The notes beneath the pieces were generated by a model, which saw only the letters and a list, made by a program, of their open reading frames with translations, made no database searches and was not told the DNA's origin. A stretch of 64,000 bases of DNA, from positions 576,001 to 640,000 of the forward strand of contig CAVXLD010000003.1 in NCBI GenBank assembly GCA_963762565.1, read 5' to 3'. Origin of the DNA: an uncultured Verrucomicrobiae bacterium. Its GTDB lineage: Bacteria > Verrucomicrobiota > Verrucomicrobiia > Chthoniobacterales > JAFAMB01. Positions within the stretch are counted from its first letter, which is position 1. Every line of letters starts with the position of its first letter. Shown in pieces: positions 28,120 through 35,797 of the stretch. Made by a program: the position numbers and the translations under genes.

Positions 28120-28642
28120 AACCGCGAATGTACACGAATGGATCCGCCTGCGCCAAGCCTACGGCGCGACAGGCTGCGAAGTTAAGCCAAAGTGGGGTGG
28201 CACGTCGAGGGCGGAAAATTCAACCGCAGCCCCGAAATTCTCCGGGGTGAAATGGACGCAGATTTACGCGGATGGCGCGGAAGGATGCCGAACTTGTGGA
28301 GCGTGCCTCGCTTGCGAGGCCGTGGTAACCAGGGCGAGATTGTGAGCACGTCTCTGCGCGATCTGCACTCTGCGAATTTCGATCGGAGAATTGTCCCTTG
28401 TTTAGCATGAAGCCAAAGTCGGTGATGACCTGGCGAGAACCGTACTCGCCCGTCGCGACTGCGCTACAGAGCGCAGACTGCGCAGTGGCCCACTCCATTC
28501 ATTTCCCCGCGTCACCACGGCCTCGCAAGCGAGGCACGCTCCACAAGTCGACATCCGGCGGTTCACCTATCTGCGTAAATCTGCGTCCATTTCACCCCGG
28601 AGAATTTCGGGGCTGCGGTTGAAGCTTTGGCCTCTCGCGGTT
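28120..28642. repeat. Nested composite: family F arms (28219-28273, 28569-28623) enclosing family A element (28293-28547), with a family G unit at 28144-28173
   Basis: 55-bp F arms are reverse complements with one mismatch; A arms lie inside. Confidence 0.9.
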
Positions 28643-30180
28643 CAGAAGCGACGCATGGCAGGGAGTGAATACGTTTTTTGGAGCTGGGCGGCGTCCTGCT
28701 GGACTTGGTTGGCATCGAGATACATCACCTTGGGATCCAGATCGAATTCGATCTTGTGAAATCCGTTAATCGGTTTCTCGATCGCTTTGGCCACATCTTC
28801 CAGCCGATAGATCGGTTGGCCATTGACCCGTTCGACGGCCATATAATTCAGCTGCGGATAACCGATGGTATCGTTGTTTGGCAAGATCTGGCTTAAGAAA
28901 ACGATCTTACGCGGCTTAGGAAAAAGATCGCCTTGGTAATGATCGAAATATACGAATCGCTGCGGAGCTTCCCTCTGCCAGGCCGGTCCCCATTCTCGCA
29001 GATATTGGCGGCTAAGCTCTCCAAAAACTAACCCACCCAAGATCAGGTAGCGCGGAGCTCGCCCGATGATATATGGATCGATCACGTAATCTTGGGGCGG
29101 TTTATGGAACAAGGACACAACGACGTCCTTGCGTTCGCCATGCCGGAGTAATGTGACCGGCACTTTTTGGCCCGAGTACGACAACGTGGTGATGAGATGC
29201 GTAATCGAGAGCCGGCCATAAAGCGAGTCGTCGTAATCGCCGTCTGAGTCGATAGACTTTCCGGCAACCGATAACAAGACGTCACCGGTTTGAATATCGG
29301 CCTGGGCAGCGGGTGCGTCGGGCTCGACATCGTCGACGTAGATACCGCCTTCGGAATCGGCCAGCTTTTCATACTGGCGGAACTGCGGATCTCGGGTCGG
29401 CGAAAACGAGATGCCGAAGCTCGGGAACCCTTGGTACGGTTGATGGTCGGCTTCCTTCAGAAAATGTTGAATGACCGGCGTTGAGATGCCTTCGATGGTC
29501 TGAGAACGGGGATCATACCGAAGGAGCATCGAGATCAGGTGATGATCCTGTACAATCGGCAACGTGAAACTGTTGTCTCGGTACTGCAGAGGACAGCTCA
29601 TCTTGAACAGAAGATAGCTATAATCTTCCAGTGCGTAGTGACCTACCTCAGCGCTGGTCATGAGCGCCTCTGTGGACACCGGTGTGCCGTTCGCCTCCAA
29701 CTGGACCACAGACAAATGGTCTCCGACTTTCGGATCCAGGCTGGTGTCCAGCGGTTGGAGATCTTTCAGGAAATCCGAGCTGGTGGGCTTTAGCAGCGCC
29801 AGGTCCGTTTCGTAATCGACAACGGCAACCTTGGCGCTGGTTCGTTCACCCGTATCTGGTTTTTCCAGTTCAATGAAATTGCTGTCCTCGACCAACTCCG
29901 CGGTCACCAAAACTTCCCCTCCGTCGATGACAGCGCCCAGACCACGCCGATTATAAGGCGCCTTCTTGCTCCACGGACGGAAGAAATCGTATGTCTGATT
30001 GGTTGAGTTTACTCGGAGTACGGAACCGCCTTTTAATTCTGTTGCCAGTCTCTCTTTGGGTGCTGCCGATGGACCCGCTTCCGGAGCCGGCGTTCCCGCC
30101 GGGGTGGGGCTAGGATTTTCGGCGGCTAACGCAGATGCCGTGAACAACACTAGTATCTGAAAACAGAGTAAAACTCTCAT
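28642..30180 (-). CDS. Deg/HtrA-like PDZ protein with degenerate protease triad
   Basis: Collinear with the neighbour; VTAELV replaces TNAHV, RDNSFT replaces PGNSGG; signal peptide, PDZ. Confidence 0.85.
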   Translation of the reverse strand: MRVLLCFQILVLFTASALAAENPSPTPAGTPAPEAGPSAAPKERLATELKGGSVLRVNSTNQTYDFFRPWSKKAPYNRRGLGAVIDGGEVLVTAELVEDSNFIELEKPDTGERTSAKVAVVDYETDLALLKPTSSDFLKDLQPLDTSLDPKVGDHLSVVQLEANGTPVSTEALMTSAEVGHYALEDYSYLLFKMSCPLQYRDNSFTLPIVQDHHLISMLLRYDPRSQTIEGISTPVIQHFLKEADHQPYQGFPSFGISFSPTRDPQFRQYEKLADSEGGIYVDDVEPDAPAAQADIQTGDVLLSVAGKSIDSDGDYDDSLYGRLSITHLITTLSYSGQKVPVTLLRHGERKDVVVSLFHKPPQDYVIDPYIIGRAPRYLILGGLVFGELSRQYLREWGPAWQREAPQRFVYFDHYQGDLFPKPRKIVFLSQILPNNDTIGYPQLNYMAVERVNGQPIYRLEDVAKAIEKPINGFHKIEFDLDPKVMYLDANQVQQDAAQLQKTYSLPAMRRF

Positions 30181-31643
30181 CGAAGGGTCTCCTCTCCCAG
30201 GTTCCGCTCAAGGCGTACCCCATAATTTTCCCCGATGCGTGCTTTCGCTTCTTCTACCGCACTCCTTTGAAGTACTGCCGGGCGACTCGCTCCGATAAAC
30301 TTGATCACATAGAAATCCGAGGTTTCATCGAATGCGTTTGCAGCGTCGGCCAGGGTGCGAATCTTATGGCCATTGATCTCGTCCACGATCTGATAACGGA
30401 ATTCAGAAAGGTAGGCATTAACAGGGTCTGGCAGAATATTCGAGAGAATGATGACTTGGGGATGTTCCTTGAAGATCTCGTCATTGATGAAGTTGTTGTA
30501 GAAATAGCGCACCCGCAGGTCTTCGATTTGATAAGCTTCGATCAAGTTCCTGGATAACGGCTGGAAAACTAGGCCGCCGAACATGACGAAACGGGGATAC
30601 TCGTCAAAGATGTTAGCCTGTATGAGGTAGGAATTATTTGGTTCTAACTCGATCTCGGCAGTGAGCCGCTGGTGATTCCGCAATAGATCGACGTTAACTT
30701 TGTCACCTTTCAGTTTCCGCTCGATGATCTCAGCCAAGTCGACATTCTCGCCATCTAGTTCAACGGTTTCGTCGCTGATGACGCGATGACCATCGACCGC
30801 GAGCAGGACGTCGCCGGGTTGCAGTTTGCCGGCGGCACAGGCGTCGCTTTCGATTGAGCTGACCAAGACTCCGGTGTCATCGTCGGGAAGACCTAGCGCC
30901 CGGCGCGCCGCGGCATTGGTGAGGCCTTCCACAACAATCGACCAGTCGACGTACCGGTTGTAATGTCCGCTGGCGATATCGGCTAAAAACCGTTGTATGA
31001 CCGGTGTCGGAATCATGAACCCGACGTTTTGAGCGACGTCGCCGGAGTAACCTTGAAAGGCGATCCCTACAACTTTGCCGTTCTGCAACACCGGACCCCC
31101 TGAGTTACCCGGATTAATCGCAGCGTCGATTTGGACAGCGAGATGGGAGTCGGCTCCTGAGTGGCTATAGCTTTCGAAATCGATTCGCGAGACAATGCCT
31201 TGGGTGACCGAGATTCGTTCACCGCCAATGGGGTAACCGTACACGTCTACCCCGCTCTGGATCGTCGGTAACGGTCCCAAATGCAGGGGCAGCATCGTCT
31301 TAAAAAAATTCGGATCTGAAATCTTGACGATGGCCAGGTCGCAGTCGTGCGCGACGAATTGAACCTGGCCGCTGTATTGACGAGGATCGTTCTCTCTCTG
31401 AACGGAAATGAACCGGGCGTTGCTGATCACGTGGGCGTTCGTCAGGATTCGGTTGCCGTCGATGACAAATCCTGCGCCGATTCCTGTTGAAATGCTGCCT
31501 GGATTCCACGGTACTCGATAATCGGGTTCCTGAGCCGTTGTCGTGATACGGACAATGCTCTTGTAGACATCGACCTTGGGAGTATCGGCAACCGCGCTCG
31601 TGGCAACCAAGTACGCGATAGCGAAAAGTGTACTACGAATCAT
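30177..31643 (-). CDS. Deg/HtrA-family serine protease with PDZ domains (Deg2-like)
   Basis: TNAHV, CDLA, GYPIGG and QIDAAINPGNSGGP motifs; signal peptide. Confidence 0.93.
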   Translation of the reverse strand: MIRSTLFAIAYLVATSAVADTPKVDVYKSIVRITTTAQEPDYRVPWNPGSISTGIGAGFVIDGNRILTNAHVISNARFISVQRENDPRQYSGQVQFVAHDCDLAIVKISDPNFFKTMLPLHLGPLPTIQSGVDVYGYPIGGERISVTQGIVSRIDFESYSHSGADSHLAVQIDAAINPGNSGGPVLQNGKVVGIAFQGYSGDVAQNVGFMIPTPVIQRFLADIASGHYNRYVDWSIVVEGLTNAAARRALGLPDDDTGVLVSSIESDACAAGKLQPGDVLLAVDGHRVISDETVELDGENVDLAEIIERKLKGDKVNVDLLRNHQRLTAEIELEPNNSYLIQANIFDEYPRFVMFGGLVFQPLSRNLIEAYQIEDLRVRYFYNNFINDEIFKEHPQVIILSNILPDPVNAYLSEFRYQIVDEINGHKIRTLADAANAFDETSDFYVIKFIGASRPAVLQRSAVEEAKARIGENYGVRLERNLGEETLR

Positions 31644-31729
31644 CTGTATGTAAGGCCGGAACCTTGCCTAGAAGGGCGGGAGTGTAAAATGGATTGTGGT
31701 TTTTGCGAAGGGGGGCGCAAAGCGGTTCT

Positions 31730-32050
31730 CCGGTAGGGCGAAAAACTCGGCGCGCCCATGACTTTGATTTCTGTTGCATAAAAAATCGCGCCGGTTTCGA
31801 GCCGCTCCGTGTGGCCGTTTTTGTTCGACCGCATGCGATTGCGGGCGTTCAATCTTAAACCCACCTTTGATGCTGCTAAACGCACGGCGCGGCTCAAATC
31901 CGGCGCGGAAGGCCGACAAGAAATGGCGTCATCCTGGGCGCGCCGAGACCCGCCGCCGCTACGCTTTGGCGCGGCCTTGTTCTGTATCGTGTCAGGCCTA
32001 AGGGTTGGCCGCGACGTAGGCTTTGCGAAGTCGGGTTTTCGCCCTACCGG
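31730..32050. repeat. Family B element whose right arm is split by an 87-bp family G doublet (31949-32035)
   Basis: GGCGCGCCGAGA[insert]TTTTCGCCCTACCGG restores the consensus arm. Confidence 0.88.
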
Positions 32051-32067
32051 TCTTGGGCGGTGCCTTT

Positions 32068-33297
32068 TCACACCGCCTTGAACACCACGCACGAGTTGAT
32101 GCCGCCGAAACCGAAAGCGTTGCTAAGGATGCAACGGAGACGCTTTTCGCGCGGTTGGTTCGGCACGACATCAAGGTCGCAAGCCGGATCAGGGGTTTGA
32201 AAATTTAGCGTAGGCGGGATGTAACCGTGCTGCAGGGCGAGTGCGCAAATCACGCCCTCAATCGCAGCGCTGGCGCCAAGAGGGTGGCCGTAATATGCCT
32301 TAGTGCCGCTTACCGCCAGACTTTGTGCGCTAGCCCCGAATACACTTCTGATACACGCGCATTCATTTGCGTCGTTCAATTGCGTGGAGCTGGCGTGGGC
32401 ATTGATGTAATCAATTTGGTCCGGGTTAACCTGCGCTCCGGCCATGGCGTCTTCCATTGCTCGGATGCAGGATTCACCACTGGGCAACGGCGTGGTCATA
32501 TGGAACGCGTCATTGTTCAGGCTGTAACCAGCCACTTCGGCGTAAATGCGAGCACCTCTAGCACTGGCATGCTCGTACTCTTCGAGAATGAGACTGGCCG
32601 CGCCTTCGCCCATTACAAAGCCGTCCCGATTAAGATCGAACGGGCGGCAAGCGATCGGGGCTTCTTGCCGGCTCATTGTTCTAATGAAAGCAAACGCCCC
32701 GTAGGAAAGCGGACTTAGAGGAGCTTCGGCTGCTCCGGCGATGATCACATCGGCGAACCCATCCCGGATATAACGGGATGCTTCACCGATTGCCACGTTG
32801 CCGCTCGCACAGCTGTTCGAATTGGTGGTGCCGACGCCGCGGAGTCCGAACTCAATTGCGATGTTGCTGTGAGCGGAGCCACCAAACACTTGGAGCGCGA
32901 TGGTTTGATGGACCGCTTTCGGGCCGCCATGGACATAGGAAGCATGCTGATGTTCGGCATTAGCCACACCTCCGAGTGCGCTACCGAAGCTGACTCCGAC
33001 GCGGGTTTGTGGATTGTCGGGCGAAAAAGAAAGCCCGCTATCATCCAGAGCGAGCTTTGCCGAAGTCACCGCAAATTGGGCGTACCGATCCAATCGCTTA
33101 AGGCGATGGGGTGGAAAATATCGACCCGGTTCCCAATTTTGAATCTCGGCCGCGACCTTAGCGTTAAAAGGGCTGGGATCGAATCGCGTTACCGAACCGA
33201 TGGCTGATTTCCCCGTCTGGATACCTTGCCAAAAAGCCTCTTTGCCGATGCCGATTGGCGTTACCGGCCCAAGGCCGGTCACTACAACGCGTCTCAT
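32068..33297 (-). CDS. Beta-ketoacyl synthase (FabF/type II KS-alpha-like)
   Basis: VVVTGLG, NSCASG (Cys), DGFVMGEG, INAHASST, GHPLGA and SNAFGFGG motifs. Confidence 0.93.
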   Translation of the reverse strand: MRRVVVTGLGPVTPIGIGKEAFWQGIQTGKSAIGSVTRFDPSPFNAKVAAEIQNWEPGRYFPPHRLKRLDRYAQFAVTSAKLALDDSGLSFSPDNPQTRVGVSFGSALGGVANAEHQHASYVHGGPKAVHQTIALQVFGGSAHSNIAIEFGLRGVGTTNSNSCASGNVAIGEASRYIRDGFADVIIAGAAEAPLSPLSYGAFAFIRTMSRQEAPIACRPFDLNRDGFVMGEGAASLILEEYEHASARGARIYAEVAGYSLNNDAFHMTTPLPSGESCIRAMEDAMAGAQVNPDQIDYINAHASSTQLNDANECACIRSVFGASAQSLAVSGTKAYYGHPLGASAAIEGVICALALQHGYIPPTLNFQTPDPACDLDVVPNQPREKRLRCILSNAFGFGGINSCVVFKAV

Positions 33298-33851
33298 GCA
33301 TCCGCCTCCGCTTCGCTCGCGCGCGACGGGTGCGCTCCCCCTTGGCTACGGCGTGACAGGTCCGCCTCCGCTTCGCTTGGGCGCGACGGCTGCGCTTCCC
33401 CTTGGCTACGGCGCGACAGGCTCTCCACGTAGGCTTTCATGTGTTTCAACGTCTGGTTGGCGACGTAACTAATGAAGAAACCTCCAATGATTGGTTCAGC
33501 GATGGGAGAGAGTGGGGGAACCCGGAAGTGAAGCTCGTGAGCGATTGATACCAGCACGCCGGACGGTTGTTCGGCGAAAGTCCAGACCACTTCCATTCCC
33601 TTGGTCCAAGCCTTAAGATGACGAAAACGCACCTCATATTTTTCAGGGTCGATTACTTCTTCAGACACCCAAGACAACGGAATATTCCCGCGCCGAGCCG
33701 CCATCTTGACCACATTCCGGTTAGCGCCCCGCTCAAGGTAACGAATGTAACGATAGTGAGGCAGAAAGGTGGGCCACTTCTCGAGATCGGCTGCGACCTC
33801 AAAGATGCGCAGCTTGGGGGCGTTCATCACAATCGAGTTCGCTGTATGCAT
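33294..33851 (-). CDS. SRPBCC polyketide cyclase/aromatase-like protein
   Basis: IFEVAADLEKWPTFLPHY and GMEVVWTF motifs; repeat-derived C-terminal tail. Confidence 0.85.
   Translation of the reverse strand: MHTANSIVMNAPKLRIFEVAADLEKWPTFLPHYRYIRYLERGANRNVVKMAARRGNIPLSWVSEEVIDPEKYEVRFRHLKAWTKGMEVVWTFAEQPSGVLVSIAHELHFRVPPLSPIAEPIIGGFFISYVANQTLKHMKAYVESLSRRSQGEAQPSRPSEAEADLSRRSQGGAHPSRASEAEADA
33301..33420. repeat. 2 x 60-bp tandem repeat of family G-like units inside the cyclase 3' end
   Basis: 33301-33360 and 33361-33420 differ at only a few positions. Confidence 0.9.
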
Positions 33852-34582
33852 GCCTCGTGTTCCAAAATCAGGTAGAACTCGTTATCACCGATCTCGTGGT
33901 TGACCAATCGAAAATGGCGGCTGGCAGGCAAAAAGTTGCCCGGTAATCCGGTCAGAGTTGGGGCCAATTTTCCGCCGAAGAGCTTGGCTGCTACCGTTAG
34001 AATGATCCTGTCGATCAGGTCAACCTCTGCCAGAGATTTAACCAGGGTTGGGCCACCTTCACAGACGACCGTGCGCACCTGGTAGTGCGAAAAGAGATGA
34101 CTCATGACATAGTTGAGATCGACTTGGTCCTGGCCGGCCTTGTGAATAGTAACTCGCTGCTCTAGCTCGATCCGTTTCAGAGCGGGGATTTTGCTTGTGG
34201 TGTAAAGCACGATCGGCGCGCCTGGATTTTGGAAGATTGGAAGATCGAGACTGATTTGGCCGGTGGCGGAAACGATGACCCGGAGCGGTTCTTCCGATGC
34301 GCCGCGATGCAGTCGTTGAACGCGCAAAGCCGGGTCCGGTAAACCCAAGGCCATCCGGTCCGTTTCCAGAGTGCCTCTCGCGACTATGACCGCATCGTTT
34401 TCAGACCGCACCTGTAATAGGCGTTTTTTATCGCGAGCCGAAGTGAACTGGGCCGGAGTGTGACCCGGAGTGGAGACTTTCCCGTCGAGGGTGACGGCGA
34501 AATGGATGGTGACTCGCGGCCGAGTCTGCAAATCCTGGCCGCCGCTATCAAGCGGCGTTCTTGGCATTGGCATTTCCGGCAT
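33827..34582 (-). CDS. RibD C-terminal-like reductase
   Basis: FAVTLDGKV, DAVIVARGT and CEGGPTL...LID motifs. Confidence 0.9.
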   Translation of the reverse strand: MPEMPMPRTPLDSGGQDLQTRPRVTIHFAVTLDGKVSTPGHTPAQFTSARDKKRLLQVRSENDAVIVARGTLETDRMALGLPDPALRVQRLHRGASEEPLRVIVSATGQISLDLPIFQNPGAPIVLYTTSKIPALKRIELEQRVTIHKAGQDQVDLNYVMSHLFSHYQVRTVVCEGGPTLVKSLAEVDLIDRIILTVAAKLFGGKLAPTLTGLPGNFLPASRHFRLVNHEIGDNEFYLILEHEACIQRTRL

Positions 34583-35489
34583 CTTGGTGAAACAGCTCTA
34601 GCCATTGTTGCAACGCGTTCCGAATCTCCTCGGCTTGCGCTGAAGGCGTGAGTTCCCAGACCAATGGCGCGTGCGCCGGTATCATGGGGATGAGTTCTTT
34701 GAACGGAACTGTCCCGGTCAACGGAATTCGATGATCACGATCGGGATAAATAACGTCATGCACATGGCAGCCGAGTAACCGGGGAACCGCTGCTTGCAAC
34801 TGTTCTGCGTGATCTTGGAGCGTGAGGTTATGCTTGACCTGAGCATGGCCGAAATCATGCCAATGGCCGAGAAGCGGTTCTTTAAAATCGTCGAAGAGCT
34901 TCTTGAGTTCGTATTCGTTTGGGAATGTATCGAGCTCCGCGCGATTCTCGATGCCAAGCTTGATGCCGGCTTGTTTGGCATGTTCGACGACCGGAATCAG
35001 CCAATCCCGAACCCGGGGATATAAGTCGGTCTTTTGGCGTCGCCGCAGAGCGCGCAGCTTGGTCTGTACAAAGGTCCTTCCGAAAATCTGACCTTGATAA
35101 ATCAGCTTTGACAGAGCTCTGGTCGGATCTCGCATGGGCACGACGCCAAGATGCAAAACCACGTAAGGCGCGCCGAATCTGACTGCTAGATCGATCGTCG
35201 CCAGGGTGTGTCGTTGGGCCCGCTTTCGTTCGGTAGCGTCAGACGACGTGCATTGCAGACAATCCGGTGACGCGTGAAAGACCTCGAGCGGGAGAGGGCA
35301 GAAATTATGAAGGCTGGTAATCACTAAATCATGATCTCGGAGGAAATCCGCGATTCCTTGGATCAGAGATATTCTGATTCCGTGACCAAGTTCGACCTGC
35401 CGAAACCCTAATTCCCATATCTCCTCGAGCATACGGTCTCCGCGAGTATGACGATCTGAATTCCAACAGGTCGAGAAGGCAGGAGACAC
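34548..35489 (-). CDS. Sugar-phosphate isomerase/epimerase TIM-barrel protein
   Basis: VELGH, SLHNFCP, VVLHLG, GIENR, HDFGHA and HVHD motifs. Confidence 0.85.
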   Translation of the reverse strand: MSPAFSTCWNSDRHTRGDRMLEEIWELGFRQVELGHGIRISLIQGIADFLRDHDLVITSLHNFCPLPLEVFHASPDCLQCTSSDATERKRAQRHTLATIDLAVRFGAPYVVLHLGVVPMRDPTRALSKLIYQGQIFGRTFVQTKLRALRRRQKTDLYPRVRDWLIPVVEHAKQAGIKLGIENRAELDTFPNEYELKKLFDDFKEPLLGHWHDFGHAQVKHNLTLQDHAEQLQAAVPRLLGCHVHDVIYPDRDHRIPLTGTVPFKELIPMIPAHAPLVWELTPSAQAEEIRNALQQWLELFHQDAGNANAKNAA

Positions 35490-35502
35490 GATGCTAGTAT
35501 AA

Positions 35503-35793
35503 TGGAACGTTGCCTCGCTTGCGAGGCCGTGGTGAGCAGGGCGATATCGTTACATTATCCTTCGCTGTCTACGCTCTGTATCGCGCCGATTCAGTTGACG
35601 ATTCCTGGCTGCCACTCAGACTTTGCAACATGACATCTCCCGTTTTCGCCTCTGTTTCGATCGTCAACGATATAGCGCAGCACGAGGAAGGGCGCCATGT
35701 CACGCCATTTCCTTGTTCACCACGGCCTCGCAAGCGAGGCAGCGCTCCAGGGGTGGCGACCCCTTCGGCCTCGCAAGCGAGGCAGCGCTCCAC
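35503..35793. repeat. Family A element with extra right arm
   Basis: Three GCCTCGC(T/A)(T/A)GCGAGGC palindromes. Confidence 0.88.
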
Positions 35794-35797
35794 GGCG

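Noticed and set aside
31640..32092. ORFs lying over repeat elements (also 3217-3525, 12224-12557, 16553-16937, 28192-28622, 35510-35824, 44642-45216, 54712-55198, 63083-63403)
   Set aside because: Their shared peptides (GLASEA, PGGEPLW, SPITNHQS) are translations of the repeats; no domain signal
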